From: an uncultured Nitrospiraceae bacterium
GTDB taxonomy: Bacteria; Nitrospirota; Thermodesulfovibrionia; Thermodesulfovibrionales; Dissulfurispiraceae
Assembly (NCBI GenBank): GCA_947085205.1
Contig: CAMTVO010000014.1
Coordinates: 58,835-122,834, forward strand
Reading direction: 5' to 3'
DNA: 64,000 nt
A program made the position numbers and the translations under genes. The number at the start of each line of letters is the position of its first letter. Position 1 is the first letter of the stretch. The notes under the pieces are model-generated. The model did not search any database, was not told the origin of the DNA, and was given only the letters and a program-made list of their open reading frames with translations. This document shows, one piece after another, positions 37,257 through 46,696 of this stretch.

Positions 37257-37877
37257 ATGCCAATACCTTCCGGCGAACGGTTCAGGTGTGAGATACTTTC
37301 ATGGGCGAGGATTGTGAAAGACTCAAAAAGACTCTCGAAGATTATAAAAGATTCCGGTTATAACCCTGATATTGTAGTTGCTATTGGCAGAGGAGGCTAT
37401 GTTCCAGCAAGAATACTCTGTGACTACCTGCTCATCAGAGACCTTACCACAATTAAGGTAGAACACTGGGGAATCGCTGCCACAGAGACTGAAAAAGCAA
37501 TTATAAAATTCCCGCTCTGTGCAGAAATAAAAGACAAAAGGGTTTTGCTGGTTGATGATATAACGGATACGGGCGACACACTCAGGGTTTCCCTTGAGTA
37601 TTTGAAAAATTTTGAACCAAAGGAAATCAGAACTGCAATACTGATACATAAAAGCTGTTCTGCCATTGTACCGGATTACTTTGTTAAAAAGGTCGTAAAA
37701 TGGCGGTGGATTATATTCCCATGGCATATCCGGGAAGACCTGACAGGATTCGTAAAAAATATAAGGGATGCAGGCATTTCTGGTGTGGAAAATATACATC
37801 ATGAACTCATGAAGCGGTACAATATCGATATCGATATTAATACCATCAAAGAAGTCCTATCAGAAATTAGAGATTAA
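37257..37877 (+). CDS. Type I phosphoribosyltransferase
   Basis: VAIGRGG, VLLVDDITDTGDTL PRPP motif, WIIFPW. Confidence 0.9.
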   Translation: MPIPSGERFRCEILSWARIVKDSKRLSKIIKDSGYNPDIVVAIGRGGYVPARILCDYLLIRDLTTIKVEHWGIAATETEKAIIKFPLCAEIKDKRVLLVDDITDTGDTLRVSLEYLKNFEPKEIRTAILIHKSCSAIVPDYFVKKVVKWRWIIFPWHIREDLTGFVKNIRDAGISGVENIHHELMKRYNIDIDINTIKEVLSEIRD

Positions 37878-37911
37878 AAAGTGTTCGACCCTGTCAAACT
37901 CATTTTATTGC

Positions 37912-38442
37912 TTATTCGCCTATCACGGTTACAGTGCTTGCCTGAGGACCTTTTTCTCCCTCTTCTTCCACAAAGCGGACTTCCATTCCGACCTTTAGAT
38001 GTTCAAAATCCAGGTTTATCACACTATTTTCGTGAAAGTATATCTCTCTTCCGTCGGGAGCAGTCAAAAAGCCGTAGCCTTTATCATGAAACAGGGAGCT
38101 TATGCGTGCATGGGGGATTTCCTCATGGTGCTTTACATCCCGGCGTTGAAGCCTGGCATAGTCCTCAAGCTTCCGCTTGGCTGCGTCAAAGGCATCCCTT
38201 ATGGCAATATTGATATCTTCGTGCTCCTGTCTTTTTATTACAATCTCAGAACCGGGGACTGTCATATCTATATGTACAGTGTACCGTTCTCCTTCACGGG
38301 AATGACGGTGAGGCATATCCACAACTACCCTGCACCGGTTGATCTTACCGTAAAATTCATTTAACCTCTCTGCCTTTTCCCGGATTTCTTCCTTAATCTC
38401 ATTACTAAGTTCAACATTGTGGGCCTGCAATTGAAGATTCAT
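37912..38442 (-). CDS. HPF/RaiA-family ribosome-associated protein fused to a cold-shock domain
   Basis: S30AE domain (AIRDAFDAAKRKL) plus CSD (GYGFL...IYFH...GPQAS); start 38442, since the longer ORF runs into the tRNA. Confidence 0.9.
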   Translation of the reverse strand: MNLQLQAHNVELSNEIKEEIREKAERLNEFYGKINRCRVVVDMPHRHSREGERYTVHIDMTVPGSEIVIKRQEHEDINIAIRDAFDAAKRKLEDYARLQRRDVKHHEEIPHARISSLFHDKGYGFLTAPDGREIYFHENSVINLDFEHLKVGMEVRFVEEEGEKGPQASTVTVIGE

Positions 38443-38464
38443 ATTAATCCCCCTTATAAAAAAT

Positions 38465-38539
<75 letters not shown>

Positions 38540-38605
38540 AGATGTAAGGCAAAATATGTTACTACATGGAAAATACTTTGTGCAACTAAGTATAATTCTT
38601 ATATT

Positions 38606-39364
38606 ATGTGGAACATAAGGATGAGGGCGTCGAAAAACAGTAACGAGTTAAGAGTCATGAGTGAAATGCATATCTCAGGCGCGGAGGGAATATATGAAGA
38701 TTCTGAAATATCAAAGGTTGTCAAAGAATATATAAAAAGGGCATTAAGCCATTCCCGCGGAAAACCCGGCAAGATTGTGCTCACAATCGAAGAGATAAAA
38801 CAAATGCCTAAGAAAATTTCCATTTTACCGGTAACGACGTTACAATGTGATTATCCCGATGAGGCAAGGGAAATTATATATCAGAAACTCTTAAACATCG
38901 GCATCTCTAAAAAGGCTTTGGATAATGCATTTAGAGTTCTATCGTCTGCAAAAACAATGCGTGGCGCATCATTGATGGATATAAAATCAGGCAAAAGAAC
39001 GGAACCCGACAGAGAACGTGGAATAAGGGTGTCAAGGCTCGGAATAGAAAAATCAGCGGATAAAAAACTCTCATTGATTCTTTCAAAATCAAAAATAAAT
39101 ATTACAACCGTCAAAGAGGCATTAATCCTCGCATCAAAGGCGACATCATGCCCTGATATAGTGGCAGAGGTGTGCATATCCGATGATCCCGATTATACGA
39201 CAGGTTATATCGCATCAAAAAAATTCGGATATCTGAGGATACCTAATATCAAAAAACAAGGAGAAATGCACGGTGGGAGGGTGTTTTTTATAAAAGAGGA
39301 TGCGAATATTGAGAAAATTATTAACTATCTCGAAAAAACACCGGCGCTCGTTTCAAATCCATAA
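38606..39364 (+). CDS. bioW: 6-carboxyhexanoate-CoA ligase
   Basis: IRMRAS, HISGAE, MRGA, EALILASK, ISDDPDYTTGY, GGRVFF. Confidence 0.92.
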   Translation: MWNIRMRASKNSNELRVMSEMHISGAEGIYEDSEISKVVKEYIKRALSHSRGKPGKIVLTIEEIKQMPKKISILPVTTLQCDYPDEAREIIYQKLLNIGISKKALDNAFRVLSSAKTMRGASLMDIKSGKRTEPDRERGIRVSRLGIEKSADKKLSLILSKSKINITTVKEALILASKATSCPDIVAEVCISDDPDYTTGYIASKKFGYLRIPNIKKQGEMHGGRVFFIKEDANIEKIINYLEKTPALVSNP

Positions 39365-39372
39365 TTAGAGGG

Positions 39373-40374
39373 GTGTGCTTGGTAAAGAATATTGTTTTAA
39401 TCGGCAATCCGATTGCAGGCGGAGGCGCGGAGAAAAATATCAAAAAGGCGGCGGCAATCCTTGAAGGCAGGGGATGCAATGTCCGATTAATGCTAACTAC
39501 AAAAAAAGGCGATGCCGAATCCTTTGCAAAAGAAATTGTTTCAGAGTTTAGAGTTAAGAGTCAAGAGTTTAAAAACAATAAAAACGCAGAACTCCTAACT
39601 CATAACTCAAAACTCTTAGTTATTGCCGCCGGAGGAGACGGCACATATAATGAAGTGGCTAACGGCCTTGTCCATTCGGACATTCCAATGGCAATACTAC
39701 CTTTAGGTACAACATCCGTCCTTGCGAAGGAATTAAACATACCTGAAGACCTCGAAGCAGCCCTCGACATTGCCTTGCATGGAAAGGCGCAGACAATCCA
39801 CCTCGGAAGAATAATGTGCAACACTCCCAACTCCAAACCCCTAACTCGTTACTTCTTATTGATGGCTGGAATAGGCTTTGACGGAGAGGCTGTCTTCGGC
39901 GTGAGTGAACGGATAAAAAAATACAGCGGCAAAGGCGCATATATATTGAGCGGTATCAAGACGCTCTTAAACTACAACCCTGAACCAATCACCATAAATG
40001 CACAAATCCCCCCTACACCCCCCTTTACTAAAGGGGGGGAGGGGGGATTACTTAAAGTTGCCGGTTACACTGCAATTATCGGCAAGGCATCGTGTTATGG
40101 CGGCAATTTTAAGATTACTCCCGATGCGAGATTAACAGATCCATATTTTTATGTTTTTGCAACGCACAAAAAAAGCAGGCTTGCGCTCCTCAGATATGTC
40201 ATCGGAATAATCAAGGGTTTTCACCTCAATTTTAAGGACACCGCATATTTCAAAGCAAAAGAACTGTCAATCGAAGGCAATGCACATATCCAAATCGACG
40301 GAGATTACTTAGGCGTCACACCGGCAAAAATAGAAATAGTACCTGATGCATTGAAGCTGATAATGCCTAAATAA
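39373..40374 (+). CDS. Diacylglycerol kinase-family (YegS/BmrU) lipid kinase
   Basis: NPIAG, AAGGDGTYNEVANG, LPLGT, QIDGD. Confidence 0.9.
   Translation: MCLVKNIVLIGNPIAGGGAEKNIKKAAAILEGRGCNVRLMLTTKKGDAESFAKEIVSEFRVKSQEFKNNKNAELLTHNSKLLVIAAGGDGTYNEVANGLVHSDIPMAILPLGTTSVLAKELNIPEDLEAALDIALHGKAQTIHLGRIMCNTPNSKPLTRYFLLMAGIGFDGEAVFGVSERIKKYSGKGAYILSGIKTLLNYNPEPITINAQIPPTPPFTKGGEGGLLKVAGYTAIIGKASCYGGNFKITPDARLTDPYFYVFATHKKSRLALLRYVIGIIKGFHLNFKDTAYFKAKELSIEGNAHIQIDGDYLGVTPAKIEIVPDALKLIMPK
39543..39617. repeat. Inverted pair of heptamer arrays in-frame in the lipid kinase gene
   Basis: AGAGTYH x4, A-rich spacer, AACTCnn x4; encodes EFRVKSQEFKNNKNAELLTHNSKL. Confidence 0.9.
40005..40049. repeat. 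Poly-C/poly-G palindromic element in-frame (IPPTPPFTKGGEGGL)
   Basis: AATCCCCCC...CCCCCCTTTACTAAAGGGGGG...GGGGGGATT; relatives at 52762 and 53864. Confidence 0.85.
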
Positions 40375-40380
40375 AAAATA

Positions 40381-40409
40381 AGGCTCTTGCAAACACTCTG
40401 CAAGAGCCT
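40381..40409. terminator. Intrinsic terminator between convergent lipid kinase and porB
   Basis: AGGCTCTTGCA-aacactc-TGCAAGAGCCT followed by a T-tract on the minus strand. Confidence 0.8.
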
Positions 40410-40435
40410 ATGTCTTAATTGTATTTTGATGCTTA

Positions 40436-41395
40436 TTATTCTTTAGCAGCCTCTTCTTTAGAAGCGGTACAAGCTTCTTCCCTCAGAAGCCTTTCCCAGT
40501 TTTTGTCAACCTCTTCCTGCGCCTGTTTCAGCATCCACTCGTTTTCTGGCGCAAACATGTGTTTGAATCTTCCCTGAGGCTTTAGGAAATCAACAATGGG
40601 CTTTTTCTCCTTAGGTTTATAAGTCACCTTTGTTACGCCGTTTTCTATTTCATAAAGAGGCCAGTAGCATGTGTCGGTAGCGATCCTGCTGAGAAGAATC
40701 GCATCGTCATTTCTCGACCTCCAGCCTCTATTGCACGGCGCAATGATGTTCATGAACTTAGGCCCTTTAATCTCCAGCGCCTTTTTGACCTTCTTCACCA
40801 AATCAGACCAGTTGCTCGGCGAAGCCTGCGCAACATACGGAATTCCGTGAGAAGCCATGATTTTTGTAAGGTCTTTTCTCTGCTGGAGCTTGCCGGGGAT
40901 GGCACTTCCCGCAGGACAGGTGGTTGTGTCTGCACCAAATGGCGTTGCGCTTGAACGCTGTATGCCTGTGTTCATATATGCGCCGTTGTCATAGCAGATG
41001 TAGAGCATATCATGACCTCTCTCCATTGCTCCGGAAAGGCTCTGAAAGCCAATGTCATATGTTCCGCCGTCGCCGCAGAAAGTTATAAATTTAATCTCTT
41101 TTTCAATCTTACCCTGCTTTTTAAGCGCCCTGTACATCGTCTCAACACCGGCAATTGTAGCAGCGGCGTTTTCAAATGCGCTGTGTATCCATGGAATCTT
41201 CCACGCTGTATAATCAGAAATACATGTTGACACTTCAAGACAACCTGTTGAAGAGCAGGCTATTACAGGGTATTCAGATGCCAGAAGCGCCATCTTCACA
41301 ACGATGGGCGCTCCGCATCCGGAGCACATCCTATGGCCTGCTGTTAATAAAACCTCTTTTTTGGAAAGCTCTTTTAAGCTAAGTGGTGTTGCCAT
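40436..41395 (-). CDS. porB: Pyruvate/2-oxoacid:ferredoxin oxidoreductase beta subunit
   Basis: GHRMCSGCG, GDGGTYDIG, YDNGAYMNTGIQRS TPP motif. Confidence 0.93.
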   Translation of the reverse strand: MATPLSLKELSKKEVLLTAGHRMCSGCGAPIVVKMALLASEYPVIACSSTGCLEVSTCISDYTAWKIPWIHSAFENAAATIAGVETMYRALKKQGKIEKEIKFITFCGDGGTYDIGFQSLSGAMERGHDMLYICYDNGAYMNTGIQRSSATPFGADTTTCPAGSAIPGKLQQRKDLTKIMASHGIPYVAQASPSNWSDLVKKVKKALEIKGPKFMNIIAPCNRGWRSRNDDAILLSRIATDTCYWPLYEIENGVTKVTYKPKEKKPIVDFLKPQGRFKHMFAPENEWMLKQAQEEVDKNWERLLREEACTASKEEAAKE

Positions 41396-41396
41396 A

Positions 41397-42575
41397 TCAC
41401 TCCCTCACTCCGATGTATTCTTTAAAGGTTTTTACTTTTCCTGTCTTTGCTATCTCCGCAAGCTCATTTAGCACAAGCTCTGCATGACTTGGCATATAAT
41501 CCCTTCCGCCGAGGCCGTATATTTTATTAACCATTATCGGCTTCTCTTTATATGGATAAAGGCTTGAGGCGATTTCTGTATACAGCGGGCCGAATGCCCC
41601 AAAGGAGTCCGCCCTGTCAAGCACACAAACAGCCTTTAAATGTTTGAGCGCCTCTCCAACTTCTTCGTACGGGAACGGCCTGAATAATCTCGGCCTTAAC
41701 AGACCGGCCTTGATGCCCTTGTTTCTGAATTCATCAACTACATCCTTTGATGTGCCTGCCGCGGAGTTTAGAATGACCAATCCAATCTCGGCATCTTCGA
41801 GTCTGTAAGTCTCAAACAGGCCATATTTCCTCCCGCTGAGCTTTGCAAAGTCATCGGAGATATTTAAAACAACATCCTTTACCTTTGACATCGCCTCATG
41901 CTGAGACCTTTTGAATTCCATATAATAATCGGGCAGTATCAGCGGCCCGTAGCTTTTGGGATTTTCAATATCCAGAAGGGGATTAAGAGGCTTGTATTCT
42001 CCGACAAAATTCTTAACGTCTGCATCCTCAAGGTATTCCACCCTTTCAATGGAATGGCTTATTATAAAGCCGTCCATGCAGACCATTATGGGCAGCCTTA
42101 CATCCATATGTTCGGCTATAAGATATGCCTGAAGCGTGTTGTCATACGCATCCTGCGCATTTTCCGACCACAACTGTATCCAGCCTGAGTCCCTTGCGCC
42201 CATAGCATCAGAATGGTCGCCGTGAATATTAAGAGGCGCAGACAATGCCCTGTTTACCACAGGCATTAAGATAGGAAGCCTCATGCCTGATGCAACAAAA
42301 AGCATCTCCCACATCAGCGCAAGACCGGGGCCCGATGTTGCCGTCGCAACCCTGCCTCCGGCTGCTGATGCGCCTATGCAGCAACTCATAGCGCTGTGTT
42401 CGCTTTCAACGAGTATTAATTCTGTCTTAACCTTGCCGTCGTTAACAAAGCTTGAAAACCTCTGCATCATGTCTGTCTGCGGCGTAATGGGATATGCCGC
42501 ACAGACATCTGGATTTATCTGCCTTAATGCATTGGCAACTGCCTCATTTCCTGTAACCGCTACAACCTTTGCCAT
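41397..42575 (-). CDS. porA: Pyruvate/2-oxoacid:ferredoxin oxidoreductase alpha subunit
   Basis: GNEAVA, AYPITPQT, VESEHSAMS; ATG at 42575 overlaps the porD stop. Confidence 0.93.
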   Translation of the reverse strand: MAKVVAVTGNEAVANALRQINPDVCAAYPITPQTDMMQRFSSFVNDGKVKTELILVESEHSAMSCCIGASAAGGRVATATSGPGLALMWEMLFVASGMRLPILMPVVNRALSAPLNIHGDHSDAMGARDSGWIQLWSENAQDAYDNTLQAYLIAEHMDVRLPIMVCMDGFIISHSIERVEYLEDADVKNFVGEYKPLNPLLDIENPKSYGPLILPDYYMEFKRSQHEAMSKVKDVVLNISDDFAKLSGRKYGLFETYRLEDAEIGLVILNSAAGTSKDVVDEFRNKGIKAGLLRPRLFRPFPYEEVGEALKHLKAVCVLDRADSFGAFGPLYTEIASSLYPYKEKPIMVNKIYGLGGRDYMPSHAELVLNELAEIAKTGKVKTFKEYIGVRE

Positions 42576-42868
42576 TATTTGCCCTCCTCTTCCATCACGA
42601 TTGCCTTGTTGCCTTTCTTTCCGGGACATTGAAGGGCGCATATGCCGCAGCCTTTGCAATAATCATAATCAAACTCCGCCCTCTTCCCGTCCTTTACTTT
42701 AACCGCCATATCAGGGCAATAAATCCAGCAGAAAAGGCATTGAATACAGTTTTCCTCTATCCATTTGGGCTTAAACGCCCTCCACGAACCTGTCTTAAAT
42801 TTCAAGGCGCTGCCTGCCTCCAAAATAACAGCGCCGGTGGTAACTTCTTTCCATCCTTTCAGTTTCAT
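42575..42868 (-). CDS. porD: Oxidoreductase delta subunit (2x[4Fe-4S])
   Basis: TGSWR, CIQCLFCWIYCP, CKGCGICALQCP. Confidence 0.93.
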   Translation of the reverse strand: MKLKGWKEVTTGAVILEAGSALKFKTGSWRAFKPKWIEENCIQCLFCWIYCPDMAVKVKDGKRAEFDYDYCKGCGICALQCPGKKGNKAIVMEEEGK

Positions 42869-43440
42869 CCTTCCCTTACCTCCCCATAACCCCTTTTTAC
42901 AGCTTCAAGATTACCGTCAATCACCTTCTGTGAAAACTTCTTTCCAAAACTCTTTTTCACGTCCTCAAGTATCGCCTCAAGGCTCACAATCCCTGATATC
43001 TTTGCAAGCACTCCAACCATAGGCGAGTTCGGCATAGGCCTTCCAAAGCAGTCTATCGCAATTTTTGTTGCATCAACTGTGAATACCTTTTGTGTTGGCT
43101 TTGCCTTGAGCTTTTCCCTTAACTCCTTCGGGTCTTTAGAGGAATTTATTATAAAGACAGCATCGTCAGGAGTTCCCTCTGTGACATCTATTCCATCAAG
43201 CAATGTTGCATCAACAACCGCAACAATATGCGGCTTTAAGACAGGACAGTGCATCCTGAGCTCTTTTGTGCTTATCCTGTTGTATGCCCTCAAAGGAGCA
43301 CCAGACCTTTCAGGTCCGTATTCAGGAAATGCCTGAACATGCCTTCCACCGCTTAAACATGCGTCGGCAAAGACCTTTGCAGCAGTGACGGTGCCCTGCC
43401 CTCCCCTGCCGTGCCATCTGACTTCCAAAGTTTCAGCCAT
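42865..43440 (-). CDS. porC: Oxidoreductase gamma subunit
   Basis: EVRWHGRGGQGTVTAA, FPEYGPERSGAP. Confidence 0.93.
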   Translation of the reverse strand: MAETLEVRWHGRGGQGTVTAAKVFADACLSGGRHVQAFPEYGPERSGAPLRAYNRISTKELRMHCPVLKPHIVAVVDATLLDGIDVTEGTPDDAVFIINSSKDPKELREKLKAKPTQKVFTVDATKIAIDCFGRPMPNSPMVGVLAKISGIVSLEAILEDVKKSFGKKFSQKVIDGNLEAVKRGYGEVREG

Positions 43441-43581
43441 CTCTTTCCTCCTGTATGTATTCTCAATAACTTAAGCTAAGTTTGTTAGTCTAACGGAATT
43501 TTCATTTTTTATTCAATAAATTTAAGGATGGATTAATAAAATTAATAGCTAAATTTTACTACTGAGAAGTTGACATTTTTT

Positions 43582-44271
43582 TTAAGGATTTACTATCGAC
43601 TGAAGGGCATCTAAATCTTTTATGAGAACCTTTCCGTCTTTATCATCCATGAAACCTGATTTTTTGAACCTGCTCATAACCCTGATTGCAGTCTCAACAG
43701 TAGTGCCGACCATTTCTGCAATATCCTGTTTTGTAAGCCTTATGTTTATGAGTATTGTCTTGCCGTCCTTTTTTTCTCCTGTCTTGTCTGCAAGTTTCAG
43801 GAGCAATGCCGCAATCCTCGACTCCACCCTTTCGAGCGCGATGTTCTTAAGAGTGTCGTGAAATTCCCTAACCCTGTCTCCTAAATTGGCTGTTACGTCA
43901 TACAGCACGCTCGGAAATCTGTCTATAATCTTCAGGAAGTTGTGCCTCGAAATCTTGAAGATTTCCGAGTCCTCCATTGCAATCGCATTCGCCGGATATG
44001 GAAAATCTTTCAGAACAGCAAGGCCTCCGAAAAAATCAGAAGGGGATATTAATTCTATGATTATCTCCCTACCGTCATAGGAAAGTTTTGTAATCTTTAT
44101 CTTTCCGGTGATAAGTATATAAAACCAGTCTGACGGATCTCCCTCGGAAAATATTTCTTTCTTCTTTTTAAAGCTTTCTTTAACTAAATACGGCTGGACT
44201 TCTTTCAGTTCATCATCATTGAGGTTAGTAAATATAGGAATATTTTTTAAAGTTTTTAATCCGTTACTCAT
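43582..44271 (-). CDS. Crp/Fnr-family transcriptional regulator
   Basis: cNMP-binding fold plus LTKQDIAEMVGTTVETAIR HTH. Confidence 0.92.
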   Translation of the reverse strand: MSNGLKTLKNIPIFTNLNDDELKEVQPYLVKESFKKKKEIFSEGDPSDWFYILITGKIKITKLSYDGREIIIELISPSDFFGGLAVLKDFPYPANAIAMEDSEIFKISRHNFLKIIDRFPSVLYDVTANLGDRVREFHDTLKNIALERVESRIAALLLKLADKTGEKKDGKTILINIRLTKQDIAEMVGTTVETAIRVMSRFKKSGFMDDKDGKVLIKDLDALQSIVNP

Positions 44272-44474
44272 TTACCATTCACTGTTCCCTATACAGGTAT
44301 CTCCAATAAAATCTTGCTGTAGTTCACAGCGAGGATAGTTTTCTCTCTGCCGTCAGTTATTCCGCTTTCTTTTAAATTCCTTTAACACCTCTGGGTCAAA
44401 GACTATATTTTTGGTTCTTTTTAGAAGTGCCACCCTGATAAGATTCTTGTCTATCTTTACAATCTCCTTGTAAA

Positions 44475-44804
44475 TCAGGTCTTTAGTAATTTTTTAAGTC
44501 TTTTAGCTACCAGTCTGTATATTTCTTCTTTGTCTCTTTTGCCAATGCCTATAATCTCTATCACCTCAATATGTTCACCAAGCAGCCTGTCAAGCAGCCT
44601 GTAAACAATGCGATACTTCTTTTTTGCAACATAGAGCTTATAAAAGCCAGTAAGGTCAATGCCGTATTTATTGCCAAGCGGTTCCCCTAAATAGGGATTA
44701 TTGGGGAGTGCATCTATCTTTTTAGAGACTTGTTTTTGAATTGACTTGTCAAGGCTGCTAAAATCTTCTTCTGCCTCTGCAATGAGTTCAATTTTATAGG
44801 CCAT
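44475..44804 (-). CDS. RelE/ParE-family toxin
   Basis: YKIELIAEAEEDF, NPYLGEPL, YRIVY, IGIGKR. Confidence 0.88.
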   Translation of the reverse strand: MAYKIELIAEAEEDFSSLDKSIQKQVSKKIDALPNNPYLGEPLGNKYGIDLTGFYKLYVAKKKYRIVYRLLDRLLGEHIEVIEIIGIGKRDKEEIYRLVAKRLKKLLKT

Positions 44805-45075
44805 GCCTCTTTTTTACCTTATCCCATGAGATATTTTTAGAACGGTCATAACACTTAAGTCTTTTTTCCACAGTTTCGGCAATCTCAAAATGTTCGAGTA
44901 TGTCTTCCGCCTGTTTTAGCATCTCATATTCCTCTGTAGAAAGTATCACGGCTGCAAGCTCGTTATTTCTAAGAACATAAAGAGGCTCGTTTGTTTCAGA
45001 TATTTCCCTGAGTCTTTGGGTAAGTTCTCTTTGCAACTTGGTAACCGGTATCATTTTTTCTGTATTAACCAACAT
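44794..45075 (-). CDS. Phd/YefM-family antitoxin
   Basis: MIPVTKLQR...PLYVLRNNELAAVILSTEEYE; overlaps the toxin start. Confidence 0.85.
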   Translation of the reverse strand: MLVNTEKMIPVTKLQRELTQRLREISETNEPLYVLRNNELAAVILSTEEYEMLKQAEDILEHFEIAETVEKRLKCYDRSKNISWDKVKKRHGL

Positions 45076-45103
45076 TCATTTACCTCCAATTTAATTATAC
45101 ACA

Positions 45104-45133
45104 ATTTTATACATAGAATAGCATGTATGTCAA
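45104..45133 (-). promoter_or_regulatory. TA promoter with palindromic operator
   Basis: TTGACA -35 on the minus strand; ATACAT-N8-ATGTAT at 45109-45128. Confidence 0.5.
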
Positions 45134-45328
45134 TAGATAATTATAAAATGTTCTCTATATGGTAAAGACTACTTTAAAAGTCGTTTTAAGCCCGATTTAG
45201 CACTCTTACCTGAGTACAGAATAAATTATGAATTAATGAAATCTCCTTAATTCATAATTCATAATTGTTAATTCTTAATTGTATTTTAGACGACTATGCC
45301 TGCTCATAAAATGCATTTTGGGGGTTAA

Positions 45329-45403
45329 TCGGGGCGAGCCGATTCGAACGGCCGACCTCTCGCACCCCAAGCGAGTGCGCTAACCAAACTGCGCTACGCC
45401 CCG
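45329..45403 (-). tRNA. tRNA-Pro(GGG)
   Basis: CGGGGCG acceptor stem, anticodon arm CTCGC-TTGGGGT-GCGAG, GTTCGAATC T-loop; CCA not encoded. Confidence 0.96.
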
Positions 45404-45828
45404 AAATGTTGACTGAGTATTTTTCTGAGCCTGTCTTTTACCCTGTTTATTATGCTCCCGGCATCAATCTTCGGCTCAGGGCTTTCTTCAACTGCCTCTT
45501 CTGAAATTGCTTTTGGAAAACCTTCCGTATCTAATTGCTCTATATTTCCGCCGAGCTTTCGCCTTACGCCGTCGATTGTGTACTTCTCTTCGTAGAGAAG
45601 TTTTTTTATCTGCAATATCAGGTCAATGTCCTTTTTTATATAAACACGCTGCCCTGATTTGCTTTTTCTCGGCTCAAGGAACGGGAACTCTGTTTCCCAG
45701 TAGCGCAAGACATAAGACTCAACACCGACTATTCTGCTGACTTCTCCTATTTTATAAAAAAGCTTTTCAGGAAAGAGTCTCAGCGGCTGTGGTGATTTAA
45801 ATGCATCATGCATCTTGTAATCTATCAA
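45394..45828 (-). CDS. MerR-family regulator (ihfA-linked type)
   Basis: YKIGEVS...VLRYWETEF...GQRVY...LLYEEKYTIDG; conserved ihfA-merR-tRNA-Pro order. Confidence 0.92.
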   Translation of the reverse strand: MIDYKMHDAFKSPQPLRLFPEKLFYKIGEVSRIVGVESYVLRYWETEFPFLEPRKSKSGQRVYIKKDIDLILQIKKLLYEEKYTIDGVRRKLGGNIEQLDTEGFPKAISEEAVEESPEPKIDAGSIINRVKDRLRKILSQHFGA

Positions 45829-46107
45829 CTACATATTCTCTATAAGTTCCTTAAGCTGGTCGCTCGCCTTAAAAGTGACAACCCTGCGCGGCGTAATCTC
45901 GACCTCTTCCCTTGTCTTCGGGTTTCTCCCTACGCGGGCATTTTTCTTCCTTACATTAAGAGTGCCGAAACCTGAAATCTTTATAGATTCTCCTGCTGCC
46001 AATGTCTGTTTTATGGTATCGAAAACAATCTCAACCATCTCTTGAGCCTCGTTCTTAGGAAGTCCAACTTTCTCAAACACAAAGTTTACTATATCGGCCT
46101 TTGTCAT
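45829..46107 (-). CDS. ihfA: Integration host factor alpha subunit
   Basis: MTKADIV, KISGFG, RVGRNPKT, ITPRRVVTFK. Confidence 0.9.
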   Translation of the reverse strand: MTKADIVNFVFEKVGLPKNEAQEMVEIVFDTIKQTLAAGESIKISGFGTLNVRKKNARVGRNPKTREEVEITPRRVVTFKASDQLKELIENM

Positions 46108-46169
46108 AAGCTACCTCTGCAAATTCCAAAATTTAAACTTAATTGTTTTCGTTTTACAATTACATCAAT

Positions 46170-46198
46170 TTTATATTACTGTCTTGCCCAAATGTCAA
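46170..46198 (-). promoter_or_regulatory. Sigma70 promoter of ihfA
   Basis: TTGACA-N17-TATAAA on the minus strand. Confidence 0.6.
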
Positions 46199-46294
46199 GT
46201 ATTTTTCTTCGGAGTTCGTTTGACTATCCCTCACATTTTCTGTTACTGTATCCAGAATTGCTTATCAATCTTTTCAACAAAGAGGCGTAGAACT

Positions 46295-46696
46295 ATGAAA
46301 GGTAAAAATAAAACAAAGGCAGATAAAAACCCCTCTTCAAGGGAGAAAAAGATTCAGGATATCAAGAAAAAATTATTACAGCAGAAAGAAAGCCTTCTTT
46401 CGGAGGCAGGGGACGCATTAAATTCCCTTCCTGATGAGACCATGTTTCCTGAGATGGGAGATCAGGCATCAGCAGAGATCGACAGAAATTTCATGCTGAA
46501 ACTGAAGGGAAGGGAAAGGCAGTTGCTAAAAAAAATCGACGAAGTACTTGAAAAGATAGATAGCGGCACATACGGAATCTGCGATGTCTGCGGAGAAGAG
46601 ATAAACATAAAGAGGCTCGAGGCAAGACCTGTAACTACCATGTGCATCGAATGCAAGACCGAACAGGAAGACGAAGAAAAACTGAGGGAAAAATAA
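46295..46696 (+). CDS. dksA: RNA polymerase-binding protein DksA
   Basis: FPEMGDQA coiled-coil tip (ExxDxA), GTYGICDVC...RLEARP...CIEC; ATG at 46295 after GAGG. Confidence 0.88.
   Translation: MKGKNKTKADKNPSSREKKIQDIKKKLLQQKESLLSEAGDALNSLPDETMFPEMGDQASAEIDRNFMLKLKGRERQLLKKIDEVLEKIDSGTYGICDVCGEEINIKRLEARPVTTMCIECKTEQEDEEKLREK

Noticed and set aside
44352..44463. Short minus-strand frame after relE (IVKIDKNLIRVALLKRTKNIVFDPEVLKEFKRKRNN) preceded by AAGGAG
   Set aside because: No canonical start near the SD and no recognisable family; may be a gene remnant
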